Below, piece after piece: positions 26,455 through 37,652 of a DNA stretch of 63,488 nucleotides; positions within the stretch are counted from its first letter, which is position 1; each line of letters opens with the position of its first letter. This stretch comes from Candidatus Hydrogenedentota bacterium (GTDB lineage Bacteria; Hydrogenedentota; Hydrogenedentia; Hydrogenedentales; SLHB01): positions 1-63,488 of the forward strand of contig JARKSN010000035.1 in the NCBI GenBank assembly GCA_029974275.1. Direction: 5' to 3'. The translations under genes and the position numbers were made by a program. The notes below the pieces were generated by a model that saw only the letters and a program-made list of their open reading frames with translations, was not told the DNA's origin and did not search any database.

Positions 26455-28365
26455 CTAGCCGGCGGCTGCCATGCGTTTCTGTTCCCGCTTGCGATCTTCG
26501 GAGGCGAGGATGGCTTTGCGAACGCGCACGTTTTTGGGGGTGACCTCGACGAGTTCGTCCGGAGCGATCCATTCGAGAGCCGTGTCGAGTGTGAGCAGGC
26601 GCGGCACGTCGAGGACGATGGTATGGTCCTTGCCTGCTGCCCGATGGTTGGTCATCGCTTTGCGCTTGGTGGGATTGCAGGGGAGATCGCCGGGGCGGGC
26701 GTTCTCGCCGATAATCATGCCTTCATACACGGGGTCCATCGGAGACACGAACAGGGAGCCGCGTTGTTGGAGGTTTTCGAGACTGTACGACGTGATTTCG
26801 CCGGTATCCATGCTGATCATCGAGCCGCGGCTGCGGGTGACCAACTCGCCGCACCACGGACCGTAGCCGGTGAAACGCGAGGCCATGATGCCCAGGCCGC
26901 GCGTGTCGGTGAGGAACTCGTTGCGATAGCCGATGAGGCCGCGCGTGGGTATCTGGAAGGCAAGTCTCACGACGCCCACGCCGTTGTTTTCAACGTTGAG
27001 CAGTTGTCCCTTGCGCAGCGACACTTTCTCAATGACCGTCCCTTGGAATTCGAGCGGCACGTCGATGGCCAGCTCTTCGAAGGGTTCGAGCAGCCGGCCC
27101 GCGGCGTCGCGGCGCGTGATGATTTCCGGAGGAGATACGCACAGCTCCATGCCTTCGCGCCGCATCTCTTCGATGAGGATGGCCAAGTGCAGTTCGCCGC
27201 GGCCGGAAACTTTCATGCCGTCGCCGCGATCGGAATCTTCCGCGCGCAGCGCCACGTTTGTGCGCAGTTCGCGTTCGAGGCGCGCTTTGATCTGGCGCAG
27301 CGTCACGGCGGTTCCGTCTTTGCCGGCCAGAGGGCCTGTGTTGACATAGAACATCATGGAAACCGTCGGCTCTTCGATATCGAGCGGCGGCAAGGCGCAG
27401 TCCTGAAGGCCGATCGCGGCGATCGTGTCGCCGATGTTCAACGTTTTGGGGCCGGCAATCGTGACGATATCGCCCGCGGTCGCCTCGTCGCACGAGACCG
27501 ACTCCAGCCCGCGCGTCACCCATATATACGTGGCGCGCTCGGTTTCGGATCCGGTCACTTCCCACTCGTCGCGTTGCGCGGCGTCGTGCGTCTGAATCCA
27601 TTCCGCCTGCTTCCATCGCGTTGTGATGCGGGCGATGGAGTCGCCTTTTTTGAGACTTCCCTGCAAGACGCGTCCTGTGCCGGTTCGTCCGATATGATCG
27701 CGCCAGCCCAGCGTGCTGACTTGCATCAGGAAAGGCGCATCGGGCTTGCCCTGCGGCGCGGGAATTTCGTCGATGATCGTTTCGAACAATGGGTCCATGC
27801 CCTCGCGCGGGTCCTCGTCCAAATCGCGCACGAGCCAGCCGTGCAGGCCCGATCCGTAGAGGATGGGGAAGGCGCACTGATCGTCCGCGGCGCCGAGTTC
27901 GAGGAAGAGGTCGAAGGTTTTGTCCAGGGCCTTGTGGGGCTCGGCATTTGGCCTGTCGGCCTTGTTGACGATGACGATGGGGCGCAGCCCGAGCCGCAAC
28001 GCCCGCATCAGCACATAGCGCGTCTGCGGCATGGGGCCTTCGTTGGCGTCGACCAGCAACAGAACCGAATCGACCATCGACAGTATGCGCTCGACCTCGC
28101 CCGAGAAATCCGCGTGTCCTGGCGTGTCGATGATGTTGATGAGATAGCCGTTCCACTCGACCGTGCAGTGCTTGGCCCTGATGGTGATGCCGCGCTCGCG
28201 TTCCAGTTCGTTATTGTCCATCACGCGTTCGGCAATCTGAGCGTTTTCGCGAAAAACCCGGGTGGCGCGGAAAATGCTGTCGATCAGCGTGGTCTTGCCG
28301 TGGTCGATGTGCGCGATAATCGCGACGTTCCGTATTTTTTCGATAGGCGTCATGTTGCTGGACAT
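26455..28365 (-). CDS. typA: Translational GTPase TypA/BipA
   Basis: [50 protein letters not shown]; start 28365 or 28353. Confidence 0.96.
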   Translation of the reverse strand: MSSNMTPIEKIRNVAIIAHIDHGKTTLIDSIFRATRVFRENAQIAERVMDNNELERERGITIRAKHCTVEWNGYLINIIDTPGHADFSGEVERILSMVDSVLLLVDANEGPMPQTRYVLMRALRLGLRPIVIVNKADRPNAEPHKALDKTFDLFLELGAADDQCAFPILYGSGLHGWLVRDLDEDPREGMDPLFETIIDEIPAPQGKPDAPFLMQVSTLGWRDHIGRTGTGRVLQGSLKKGDSIARITTRWKQAEWIQTHDAAQRDEWEVTGSETERATYIWVTRGLESVSCDEATAGDIVTIAGPKTLNIGDTIAAIGLQDCALPPLDIEEPTVSMMFYVNTGPLAGKDGTAVTLRQIKARLERELRTNVALRAEDSDRGDGMKVSGRGELHLAILIEEMRREGMELCVSPPEIITRRDAAGRLLEPFEELAIDVPLEFQGTVIEKVSLRKGQLLNVENNGVGVVRLAFQIPTRGLIGYRNEFLTDTRGLGIMASRFTGYGPWCGELVTRSRGSMISMDTGEITSYSLENLQQRGSLFVSPMDPVYEGMIIGENARPGDLPCNPTKRKAMTNHRAAGKDHTIVLDVPRLLTLDTALEWIAPDELVEVTPKNVRVRKAILASEDRKREQKRMAAAG

Positions 28366-28482
28366 CCCTGATTGGCACCGTTCATTCGCGGGCAGGAGCG
28401 CCGTGAAAGGAGGCGGAAGCATAGTCGATCTGGCATGATAAACGCAAATCGCGCCCTGGAAGGCTTCGAGATGCCGGCTGAA

Positions 28483-28519
28483 AGTGAGCCGGGGACCCCC
28501 GTGCGCGAGGGTCCCCCGG
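28483..28519 (-). terminator. Probable intrinsic terminator or stem-loop after the epimerase gene
   Basis: CCGGGGACCCC / GGGTCCCCCGG imperfect stem just downstream of the stop at 28527; weak U tract. Confidence 0.5.
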
Positions 28520-28526
28520 TGGTGTC

Positions 28527-29489
28527 TTAGGCCCAGGTCATGGCGCTGCGTTTTTGGGTGATGATGGCGCCGCGCAGGAAGTCGACGGCCTTGGAGAGTC
28601 CTTCCCAACTGGACATGAGGCTGTCTTCGTGTTCGATGCTGATCGCGCCGTCATATCCGACCAGACGCAACGTGCTGAAGAAGTCGTTCCAAAATTCGAG
28701 GCCGTGGCCGTACCCGCATGTACGGAAAATCCATGAGCGATGCAGCTCGTCGCCGTAATGTTTGGTGTCCAGCACTCCATTGAGAGCGGCGTTGACCGGA
28801 TCGACGCGCGAATCCTTTGCGTGCACGTGGAAAATGCCCTTGCCAATGGCCTTCACGCTTTCGCATGGGTCCATGCCTTGCCAGAACAGATGGCTTGGGT
28901 CGAAGTTTGCGCCGAGATTGGCGCCGCATTCTTTGCGCAGGCGCAGCAGGGTTTCGGTGTTGTAGACCACGAAGCCGGGATGCATTTCGAAAGCGATTTT
29001 GACGCCGTGGTCCTTGGCAAACTTCGCTTGTTTCGTCCAATAGGGGATGACTTTTTTCTCCCACTGCCATTGAAGCACGTCCAAGTAATCCGGAGGCCAA
29101 GCGCAGGTGACCCAGTTCGGTTGCGCGGCTTTGTCGTCAGAGCCGGGACATCCGGAGAAATCGATCACGACGTCAACGCCGAGCTGTTCCGCGAGCTTGA
29201 TGGCGTCGGTCTGCGCGTCGATGTTTTTCTTGGCGAATGCCGCGTTGGGGTGCAAGCAGTTTCCATGGCACGACAACGCGCTGATGGCGAGCCCTTCGCC
29301 TTTCACGGCCGCTTTTAGCTCATCGCGTTTAGGCTTGGACGTCAACAGGCCCGCCACGTCGAGATGAGCGCTGCCGGGATAATTGCCCGCTCCCAGTTCG
29401 ATGGTTTGGAGTTTCAACGGGCGGATGATCTCCAAGACGTCTTTCAACGGTCGATCGCTGAACATTGCCGTGAACAAGCCGAGTTTCAT
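28527..29489 (-). CDS. Sugar phosphate isomerase/epimerase (AP endonuclease 2 TIM barrel)
   Basis: ALSCHGN, FEMHPG, NFDPSHLFWQG, HVHAKD, ISIEHED; GGGAG RBS. Confidence 0.93.
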   Translation of the reverse strand: MKLGLFTAMFSDRPLKDVLEIIRPLKLQTIELGAGNYPGSAHLDVAGLLTSKPKRDELKAAVKGEGLAISALSCHGNCLHPNAAFAKKNIDAQTDAIKLAEQLGVDVVIDFSGCPGSDDKAAQPNWVTCAWPPDYLDVLQWQWEKKVIPYWTKQAKFAKDHGVKIAFEMHPGFVVYNTETLLRLRKECGANLGANFDPSHLFWQGMDPCESVKAIGKGIFHVHAKDSRVDPVNAALNGVLDTKHYGDELHRSWIFRTCGYGHGLEFWNDFFSTLRLVGYDGAISIEHEDSLMSSWEGLSKAVDFLRGAIITQKRSAMTWA

Positions 29490-29565
29490 GACGGTCTCCC
29501 TTCTTGCGTGCATAGGCCCTTGTTTTCAACATATCCCGCCGATTCAAGCCGGCGGCGCGTGCGCG

Positions 29566-30420
29566 TTATTCGATGGAGGCTTTTATTTCCGCGAACAAAT
29601 CCGCAAACCGCCTGCCGTATTCGATGTAGGAAGCGTACAGTTTCTCCGGAGAAGGAGCGGCGGCGCCGGTATGCACGACGGCGGCGATATGGGGCTCCAT
29701 GGAGAATCCGCCGTCGTATCCCGTGCGGAGCAGATCGGTCACGATTTCATGAACGCGCCCTTCTCCTTCCCCTGCGAATGTATAGACGATCCTGTCGTCG
29801 ACCTTGCGAGCGTCCTTGATGTGGACGTATGCGATGCTCGCGCGGTTGCGGACATAATAGTCCCAGCCGTCGTTGCCATAGACCACGGGATTGCCGGTGT
29901 CGAAGACCGTTTTGAGCGCCGGGCTGTCGACTTCGCCCAGAAGAATCTCGTGATGTTCGCCCGATTGGGCTCCCCAGCCGCTGCAATTTTCGTGCAGCAG
30001 CGTCACGCCCTCGTTTTCGGCGATGCGCGCCAATTCCCGCAACCGGCGGATGCTCTCCCGGCGCCATTCGCGTTCGGGCAACGGGTCTTCTTTCGCGTTT
30101 GGATAGCTCATGACGCGCACGAAGGGGACGTGCAACCGGCGCATGCGTGGAATGGCGCGCCGCAGTTCGCCGTAGTCGATGGATGGATCGCCCGTGATAG
30201 GCCGCGACCAGTTCGCTATGGCGCTGGCGAAACACGAGACGCGCAACGAAGCGGCTTCGATGCTGTCCGCGACAACGGCAAAGGCTTCGTCGTCCATGAG
30301 CGCGATGCCCGCGTCGTTGACGTTGCGCAGTTCTATATGGTTCCACCCCATCTCCCGGTGGGCGGCGGTTTGCGTTTCGATACTCTTTCCGGCCTCATCG
30401 GCGATTCCCGAGAAAAACAT
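29566..30420 (-). CDS. Sugar phosphate isomerase/epimerase (TIM barrel)
   Basis: SGIADEA, LHENC, VFDTGN, YVHIKD, FSMEPH; AGGAG RBS. Confidence 0.9.
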   Translation of the reverse strand: MFFSGIADEAGKSIETQTAAHREMGWNHIELRNVNDAGIALMDDEAFAVVADSIEAASLRVSCFASAIANWSRPITGDPSIDYGELRRAIPRMRRLHVPFVRVMSYPNAKEDPLPEREWRRESIRRLRELARIAENEGVTLLHENCSGWGAQSGEHHEILLGEVDSPALKTVFDTGNPVVYGNDGWDYYVRNRASIAYVHIKDARKVDDRIVYTFAGEGEGRVHEIVTDLLRTGYDGGFSMEPHIAAVVHTGAAAPSPEKLYASYIEYGRRFADLFAEIKASIE

Positions 30421-30466
30421 GGCGTCTCCTGCAGTTAAAACCGAGTATGGGAGGGGCTTTCCGGGA

Positions 30467-31018
30467 TTATTCTCGCACCAGCGCCTTTTCGACCTTGTCG
30501 CGCGCGGATTTTCCGGCAAGCATCTCGACGATGGTCAACGCGAAATCCAAGGCCGTGCCCGGGCCGCGCGAAGTGACGATATTGCCGTCTCGCACGACAG
30601 CCTCGCCGGTATAGGTTACATTGTTGAGCGCCATTTGGTCCAGAACGCCCGGATAGCTGGTGGCTTTTTTCCCTTCGAGCAATCCGGCGCGCGCCAGGAC
30701 CTTCGGAGCGGCACAGATCGCCCCGGCGAATTTGCCGCTGTTGGCCATTTTTACGAGCAAGCCGTGAATGCGGCGATCCGCATCCAGATGGTCGGAGCCG
30801 GGCAAGCCGCCGGGCAAAACGACCATGTCGAAATCCTGTTCCAGGGCCTTATCGAGGGGCATGTCGGGCAGCAAGACCGTGCCCCGGCTTGCGCGAACCG
30901 GCTGGGCGTCGAGTCCTGCCGTCACGACCGTGAACTCGGCCCTTCGGAGGATGTCGATGATGGTGACGGCCTCCATTTCCTCGCATCCCTGCGCTAGGGG
31001 AACAAGCACTTTGGGCAT
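30467..31018 (-). CDS. DJ-1/PfpI (YajL/ThiJ-like) protein
   Basis: GCEEMEAV, LPGG, AICAAP, TSRGPGTA; GGAGG RBS. Confidence 0.93.
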   Translation of the reverse strand: MPKVLVPLAQGCEEMEAVTIIDILRRAEFTVVTAGLDAQPVRASRGTVLLPDMPLDKALEQDFDMVVLPGGLPGSDHLDADRRIHGLLVKMANSGKFAGAICAAPKVLARAGLLEGKKATSYPGVLDQMALNNVTYTGEAVVRDGNIVTSRGPGTALDFALTIVEMLAGKSARDKVEKALVRE

Positions 31019-31287
31019 GGCGCACCTCCTCGCGTTGCATGTCGCGGCAGGAAGGTTTTCCGCCGCATCTCTCCCGCGCCAACAGGCGCCGTGAACCATA
31101 CGGTCTGCATGGCCTTCGCCTATTATGAATCCAGGACGGCAAAAAAGGCAAAACGCGGGATGGGTTGGCGCGGGCGCGCCGCATGTGCTAGGGTGCGTGG
31201 ACTCGGGAGATATGACACGAGGAGCCTCTCTTGCCCGATTGCACGCTGATAGCATCATCCAAAACCGGCGGGCCGGAGCTTTCCCGA

Positions 31288-32832
31288 ATGGCCAAAGCGC
31301 TGACGGGATGTTTTTTTGTTTCTCTTTGGCTGCTCGTCGTGGCGCTAGCGCTGGAGGTTTTTTCCCGCGCCGCCGAAGTCTGGACGCAGCGCCGCAACGA
31401 CTACCTCATGGGCCGGAAAGACTTCCGGTTTCCTATCGCGCCCGAGAGTCCGTTTGCGGGCACAGAATGTTGTTGGGATGGGACGTCCGGTTTTCCGTTG
31501 CAGCCTATTTCTATAGCGCCGCTTCAGCATGAAGGCGGGACCGCATGGCGTCAGTCGTTCGAGGCCTTGTCCGAGACCGAGCGCCATCTGGCTGCCAGCG
31601 TGCATGACGAGAATGTACTGGCCTATGATCGTGACGGCCGCTTGCTCGAGGCATACGGCCTTCCGACGGCAAAGCAACTCCTTGATCGCGTTCAAAAAAG
31701 ATGGTCCGCGTTTCCGTTCTGGAAGGTTTTTGCTGGGCGCATGATCCGTGATTTAGACGCAGGCATCGCGGACGCGCTGCAGGGCCACGCCGTGAGCCGC
31801 GAGATCAGGCTGGGTCCTGGAAATCAGCCCGAGCGAATACATTTCGTGCCGGGTGAAGGAAACCAGCGTGTCTTTGTCTACCTGCCGAATCTCATGGCGC
31901 TGATTTCCCGTTCGTTTGGGCCGCTTCCAGAGGGGTCTGCGTGGGACGTGGCCTACTACCGGTACCGAAAGAACGTCCCGAATACGCACGGACACTTGCC
32001 AGGAACGTTTCGTCTCAACAACGCGGGTTTTCGCGGGAAGGACGTGGCCCTGCCCAAGCCGGCGGGCGTGTTTCGCATTGTGTGCGTGGGCGGTTCCACG
32101 ACCGAGGAAGGCGGCAGCGACGAGACCACCTATCCGGCGTTGCTCGAAAAGAAATTGCAAGCGGAGTTTCCAGAGAGGCGCATCGAGGTAGTCAATTGCG
32201 GGATATCGGGCATGAACACGCTGCAACAGCTTTCCCGATTTGGGGACTATCTGGCGCTTCAGCCTGACCTCTTGATCGTTTACGAGGGCGTCAACGATGC
32301 TGCTCACCTGCTGCCGCAAGAGTGGCTGTTGCTCGACACTCCTCCATGGGCGGCGCCGCTCTATGTCAGTCACTTTTTCCGGTCGCGCTATCCTCAATGG
32401 CTATACTGGACCGATCAGAAACTGCGCGAAAGCGTGGAGTCGCTGGTTATCGATCGTTTTCGCGTCATGAAGCAATTCGCTGCGGATCGGGGCGCGGCCA
32501 TTGCCTTTTGCAGCATTGCCTGCCCGCCGTACAACCGGCTTTCGGATCAGGAGCAGGGGTATATGACTCACCGCACACGAGGCTTTGCTCGATTTCTTTT
32601 TTCGCCCGAGACCTACGTCAAGACCGTTGACGAAATCAACCTCCAGCTCAAGGGGTTTTGTCGGAACGAAAAGTGCTTCTATATCCCGATCGCCGAAAAT
32701 CTGCAGCAGCTCGGCTATTTCGTCGATTTCTGCCACCTGTGCCCCGAGGGGATCGAACGCAAGGCCGATATGGTTTTCCAGTGTTTGCGGAACCAGCTCC
32801 GTTCGTTGTTTTTGGCGTCCACCAGTGAGTGA
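31288..32832 (+). CDS. Membrane-anchored SGNH/GDSL hydrolase with extra N-terminal domain
   Basis: N-terminal TM; NNAGFRG, VGGSTT, NCGISG, GVND, DFCH. Confidence 0.82.
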   Translation: MAKALTGCFFVSLWLLVVALALEVFSRAAEVWTQRRNDYLMGRKDFRFPIAPESPFAGTECCWDGTSGFPLQPISIAPLQHEGGTAWRQSFEALSETERHLAASVHDENVLAYDRDGRLLEAYGLPTAKQLLDRVQKRWSAFPFWKVFAGRMIRDLDAGIADALQGHAVSREIRLGPGNQPERIHFVPGEGNQRVFVYLPNLMALISRSFGPLPEGSAWDVAYYRYRKNVPNTHGHLPGTFRLNNAGFRGKDVALPKPAGVFRIVCVGGSTTEEGGSDETTYPALLEKKLQAEFPERRIEVVNCGISGMNTLQQLSRFGDYLALQPDLLIVYEGVNDAAHLLPQEWLLLDTPPWAAPLYVSHFFRSRYPQWLYWTDQKLRESVESLVIDRFRVMKQFAADRGAAIAFCSIACPPYNRLSDQEQGYMTHRTRGFARFLFSPETYVKTVDEINLQLKGFCRNEKCFYIPIAENLQQLGYFVDFCHLCPEGIERKADMVFQCLRNQLRSLFLASTSE

Positions 32833-32885
32833 CTTCGCAATACGACGCAATCGGATGCCGCCGTCTTTTTGAACGTCTTTGTGAC

Positions 32886-33878
32886 TCACCGCACGAGAAG
32901 ATCGAGCGCCTCCAATGTAGCCAATAAATGCTGTGCCACAATCCCGTTCCCTTTCTCGGTGAAATGAACGGTGTCGAAGTAGATGTTGTCTTGTTCTTTC
33001 ATAACAGGAAGAACGTCCAACACGGGGACCCCAAGCGTCGAAGCGATTTCCTTTACCAGCAGATAGTACGTGGGGTCAGCGGGTGGACAATCTGGTCCAG
33101 GCGCGGGGTTCTTGGTGCAATCACATTCCTGCCGATTGGGCCACGCCACGAGGATGAGCTTTGCGTTTATGGTTGTGCATTCATGACGTAATGCCATCAT
33201 CGCTTCCCGGAATTCCTCTGGCGACATGCGGAGACTCTGTGTTTTTTCTTGCCAGGGATCGCGAAAGATGGATAGAAGCAGTCGTAATCGCGATCCCAAA
33301 ACGGCCTGTCTCTCGATATCCGAAGGCCCAGATCGTTCCACTTCCGTATGCCCAAACGTGGCGATGACGATGTCGGGGCGAAGTTTTTCGCCATGTTCCT
33401 TCAGAAGCCTTAGTCCCTGAAAGGCGCTATAGCCGGAGACGCCTGCGTTTATTACCTCGGCATCAATTCCCTTGTTTTGGAGAAGCGACTCCAACACGGC
33501 TGGCCACGTCTTGTCATCATCGACGCCGAGTCCGAACGTGGTCGAGTCTCCGATTGCCAGAATGCGGAGCTGTGGTCCTCTGGGGCGGATCGGTTTTCCA
33601 CGAAACCCCATGGCGTTTGTCGTAAGCCGAAAATCCAAAGGAGAGCCGTCGGGAAGAGTTCCGGAAAAAACGAACGGCCCCAAATTGGGCCTGAGCCTCC
33701 AAATGATTTTTGGGTCCAGAACGTGAATCTTGTTCCAGTCGATGCCCTCGGTCTTCATAAGGCTGCCCGCGACAGAGAGAATGATCTGGGGAAAGAGGAA
33801 AACCGCGCCCAATGCCAATGCTGGGGAAAGCAGCAAGATGATCAGGCCGTTTCGCGCGACTCGAAGGCTTTTTTTCAT
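32886..33878 (-). CDS. Membrane-anchored SGNH/GDSL hydrolase
   Basis: TM anchor; TNAMGFRG, IGDSTTFG, NAGVSG, DTVHF. Confidence 0.85.
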   Translation of the reverse strand: MKKSLRVARNGLIILLLSPALALGAVFLFPQIILSVAGSLMKTEGIDWNKIHVLDPKIIWRLRPNLGPFVFSGTLPDGSPLDFRLTTNAMGFRGKPIRPRGPQLRILAIGDSTTFGLGVDDDKTWPAVLESLLQNKGIDAEVINAGVSGYSAFQGLRLLKEHGEKLRPDIVIATFGHTEVERSGPSDIERQAVLGSRLRLLLSIFRDPWQEKTQSLRMSPEEFREAMMALRHECTTINAKLILVAWPNRQECDCTKNPAPGPDCPPADPTYYLLVKEIASTLGVPVLDVLPVMKEQDNIYFDTVHFTEKGNGIVAQHLLATLEALDLLVR

Positions 33879-34155
33879 TTCACTCTCTTGCTCAAACAGA
33901 TTGGTGAAAGTCGTGGGAAACACTCGCGTCGTTTTGGGCGCCTACAACCGTTTCGCCGCAGCAACGACACGATACTCCACTGTCCCTTCGATAGCAACGC
34001 TGTTTTTGACAATAAGCGTTCGCGAAATCCCGCGCCGCCGTTGCTGTTGGGCGATAGGTATTTTTTACATGGCGGCATCATTATGTCTTGGGTCGGAGCC
34101 GTGCGTATAATAGGACCGTTGCATCAGATATTTTTTGTAGGAGGCACGAGGCTTC

Positions 34156-35130
34156 ATGGGGAATCATGTGCGATCGGTTTTGTTTCGCGGCGCGATTTTG
34201 GGTGTCGTCGTTTTCGTCGCGGCATGCGCGATGGGTTGTCCGGGCTCGGAAGTTCGCTTCGAATTCGTCGCCCGCGACAAGGCGCTGCGTTCTTTCAGGG
34301 TGTTCGTCCCCGAGGGCCTTGATCGGGGCGTTCCGGCGCCGTTGGTGCTGGCGCTGCATGGGGGGGGCGGCACGGCGCTCGAAATGGAAAGGTACACCCG
34401 TTTTAATGCGGTGGCTCAGCGCGAGGGATTCATCGTGGCCTATCCCAATGGCTATAGGCTCCATTGGAACGATGGGCGTGACGACGTGGGCCATGCTACG
34501 GCGAGGAAAAACGTGGATGACGTCGGATTCATTCACGGGTTGATCGATCGGATCGCGCAGATCGCGGCGATTGACAGGAACCGCATATACGTAGTGGGCA
34601 TGTCGAACGGAGGCATGATGACGCATCGTCTTGCGCTCGAATTGCCAGACGTATTCGCGGCGGCGGCAGCGGTCGCGGCCAATATTCCGCAACCGTTGCT
34701 CGCTTCAACGCTTCCTCCCAAGCCCGTGCCGATGCTTCTCATCAACGGCGCGGATGACCCTATCATTCCGTGGGAGGGAGCCGACGGGGCTGTCGTGCTG
34801 GGCAAGAGCATTGGATCGGTCGCATCGGTTGACAGGACGACGGCTTTTTGGGCGGACCGGAATGCCTGTACAACGCAGGGCGAGCGCGAATGGCTTCCTG
34901 ACGCCGATCCCCGCGATGGCGCCCGTGTCTGGCGGCAGCGGTGGAGCGGGGTGGGCCCCGCAAGCGATGTCGTGTTGTGCGGGATTGAAGGCGGCGGACA
35001 TACCTGGCCCGGCAGCGATCGCTACCTTCCCGAGCGTTTTATTGGGACGACCTGCATGGACATCGACGCCACCGAAGTTATCTGGCAATTCTTTTCCCGG
35101 CATCGACGCGGCTCGGCAACGGCGGAGTGA
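34156..35130 (+). CDS. Secreted PHB-depolymerase/LpqC-family esterase
   Basis: Signal peptide, LHGGGG, VAYPNG, DDVGFI, GMSNGG, GGGHTWPG. Confidence 0.88.
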   Translation: MGNHVRSVLFRGAILGVVVFVAACAMGCPGSEVRFEFVARDKALRSFRVFVPEGLDRGVPAPLVLALHGGGGTALEMERYTRFNAVAQREGFIVAYPNGYRLHWNDGRDDVGHATARKNVDDVGFIHGLIDRIAQIAAIDRNRIYVVGMSNGGMMTHRLALELPDVFAAAAAVAANIPQPLLASTLPPKPVPMLLINGADDPIIPWEGADGAVVLGKSIGSVASVDRTTAFWADRNACTTQGEREWLPDADPRDGARVWRQRWSGVGPASDVVLCGIEGGGHTWPGSDRYLPERFIGTTCMDIDATEVIWQFFSRHRRGSATAE

Positions 35131-35195
35131 GAAGGTGTGCGCATTACATGCGCGAAGGGCCACTAAAAGTTCTTGGGCAGGGCTTCCCTTGCTCT

Positions 35196-37652
35196 TCAAT
35201 ACATCCCATATGGGTCCAAATCGATCTTCAACATCACGCGCGAGGTCTTTGCCGTGTCCGCGAAGGCGTCGCGGGTGGCGCGGGCGAGGGCGTTGAGGCG
35301 GGTGGCGCTGCGGGATAGGAGACCGAGGTTCCAGCGGTATTGGCGTTTGACGCGGCGCACGGTGGCGGGGGACGGGCCGAGGATTTCGACGCCGGTAAAG
35401 TCGAGCCGTTCGATTTGTTCGCGGACGGTGCGGTGGAGCGTGGCGGTCATGCGTTCCGCGAGGAGCAGGTCCTCCGATTCGATGGCGAGGTGCGCCATGC
35501 GCCGGATGGGTGGATAGGCCGCCTGCTTGCGCTGTTCGATTTCGTGCGTGTAGAACCCCGCGTAGTCGTGGTGTAACGCGGCCTGCACGGCGTAGTGGTT
35601 CGGTCGGAAGGTCTGCATGATCACCCGGCCCGGCTTGTCGCCGCGTCCGGCGCGCCCCGCGACTTGCGTCAGGAGCTGGAACGTATTCTCGGCGGCGCGA
35701 AAATCGGGCAACGCGAGTCCCGCGTCTGCGTTGATGACCCCGACGAGCGTCACGCCGGGATAGTCGTGGCCCTTTGCGATCATCTGCGTGCCGATGAGGA
35801 TATCGATCTCGCCTGCTGCAAAACGCCCGAGGATTTTCGCGTGACCGCCTTTGCCGGCGGTTGTGTCGGCATCCATGCGTTCGACCCGCGCCTTCGGGAA
35901 CGCGTGCAGGAGATACTCCTCCGCCTTCTGCGTGCCCGTGCCGAGGAACAGCAGAGGATTGAATCCGCACTTGTCGCAGACCTGCGGAACGTCATAGCGG
36001 GTGTTGCAGTAATGGCACGCGAGAAACGCGCCCTTGGCGTGATAGGTCAGGCTGATGTTGCACTGGTCGCATTCGGCGACCCAACTGCACATCGGGCACA
36101 GCACGTACGGCGAAAAACCGCGCCGGTTGAGTAGCAGGATCGCCTGCTCGCCTTTCGCGACGGTCTCGCTCACGGCCTGTTCCAGCGGTTGCGAGAGAAC
36201 GAGGTTTGCGCCGTGTTCGCGCGTTTCGGATCGCATGTCGATGAGCTGCACTTCTGGCAACGCGGCGTTGGTGGCGCGGCGACGCAACGCGATCAACGTC
36301 GATTTGCCGGTTTCGCTGTTGTAACGCGATTCGATGGACGGCGTCGCGGAACCCAGCACGCACACGCCGTGCTGCATTTTTGCGCGCATGATGGCAACGT
36401 CGCGTGCGTGATAGCGCGGAGTCTCGCTTTGTTTGTAGGAGGTGTCGTGTTCCTCGTCGACGACAATGATCCCGACGTCTGGCAATGGCGCGAAGATGGC
36501 CGAGCGCGCGCCGACGACGATGCGCACCTCGCCGAGTTGCGCGCGTCGCCACTCGTCGTAACGTTCCCCCTTGCCGAGACCGCTGTGTAACACCGCGATG
36601 TTCGCCTGAAACCGCGCCTTGAAGCGTCCGACCGTCTGCGGCGTGAGCGATATCTCCGGCACGAGGATGATTGCGCCGAGATTGAGTTCAAGCGCGCGCT
36701 CGATGGCCTGCAAATACACCTCGGTCTTGCCGGAACCGGTGATGCCTTCCAGCAAAAATGTCTGGAATCGCCGCTCGGTCATCGCTGTATTGATCGCATC
36801 GAAGGCCGCTTGTTGTTCGTCGTTCAGCGTGTGTTTAACCGCTGATTTTGGATCGGCGGCGATGTCCGGGACGCGGAAATATTCACGTTCCTCGCGGACA
36901 ATCAGGCCTTTTCCCTCCAACGCCGCCAGGATCGTGGAGTTGATCTTGTGCTTTTCGTATAGCGATGTCGCGGCGCGTTCGGGTTCGTTGTGCAGTAGAT
37001 CGAGATAGACCGCCGCTTGACGTGGCGCGCGCCGTTGCAGTGCGAGCAGGTCTTCGGGCGATGGGACATGGGCATCGATAAGGCGCGCGAAGGTCTCGGT
37101 CTGCGCGGTGACGCCGTGCGACGCGACGACCGGTTCGGCAATGAGCAGGCCCCGCGCCGTGAGCGAGTGCAGCGTGTTGCTCAGCGCGGTCTGTCCTACG
37201 ACAACGGCGAGTTGCCCTTCCGTGAGTGAACCGCGCTTGTGCAGTTCCGCGACGACGCGCTTCTGGCGATCGGTGAAACGCCCCGGACCGAGCTGGTCGT
37301 GGCAGAGCGTGTAGCGCATCTTCGTGCGCACGTTGATGCCCGCGGGCACGGCGCATTGCAACGCCTCGCCCCACGAGCAACAGTAGTAATCGGCAAGCCA
37401 CCGCGTCAGATCGAGCATGTGTTGCGTGAAGACCGGGCGCTCATCGGGCAGGTCCTTGATGGGGCGCAGGTCATCGCGGTCGCATCGGTCGTGGACGGCG
37501 ACAACGTAGGCAGTCTCGGTGCGACCTTTCACGGGCACGACGACGCGCATGCCGGGAACGATGCGTTCGCGCAACGATTTCGGCACGGAGTAGGTGAAAG
37601 GCCCATCGATAGGAAGCGGCAGGGCGACGTCCGCGAACAAGGGGCGATTCAT
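35196..37652 (-). CDS. priA: Primosomal protein N' (replication restart helicase)
   Basis: GITGSGKTEVY, LVPEISLTPQ, DEEH, SATPS, four CxxC pairs, QVAGRAGR, IDLDP. Confidence 0.97.
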   Translation of the reverse strand: MNRPLFADVALPLPIDGPFTYSVPKSLRERIVPGMRVVVPVKGRTETAYVVAVHDRCDRDDLRPIKDLPDERPVFTQHMLDLTRWLADYYCCSWGEALQCAVPAGINVRTKMRYTLCHDQLGPGRFTDRQKRVVAELHKRGSLTEGQLAVVVGQTALSNTLHSLTARGLLIAEPVVASHGVTAQTETFARLIDAHVPSPEDLLALQRRAPRQAAVYLDLLHNEPERAATSLYEKHKINSTILAALEGKGLIVREEREYFRVPDIAADPKSAVKHTLNDEQQAAFDAINTAMTERRFQTFLLEGITGSGKTEVYLQAIERALELNLGAIILVPEISLTPQTVGRFKARFQANIAVLHSGLGKGERYDEWRRAQLGEVRIVVGARSAIFAPLPDVGIIVVDEEHDTSYKQSETPRYHARDVAIMRAKMQHGVCVLGSATPSIESRYNSETGKSTLIALRRRATNAALPEVQLIDMRSETREHGANLVLSQPLEQAVSETVAKGEQAILLLNRRGFSPYVLCPMCSWVAECDQCNISLTYHAKGAFLACHYCNTRYDVPQVCDKCGFNPLLFLGTGTQKAEEYLLHAFPKARVERMDADTTAGKGGHAKILGRFAAGEIDILIGTQMIAKGHDYPGVTLVGVINADAGLALPDFRAAENTFQLLTQVAGRAGRGDKPGRVIMQTFRPNHYAVQAALHHDYAGFYTHEIEQRKQAAYPPIRRMAHLAIESEDLLLAERMTATLHRTVREQIERLDFTGVEILGPSPATVRRVKRQYRWNLGLLSRSATRLNALARATRDAFADTAKTSRVMLKIDLDPYGMY

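Noticed and set aside
26623..28371. 582-aa antisense ORF
   Set aside because: Shadow of typA
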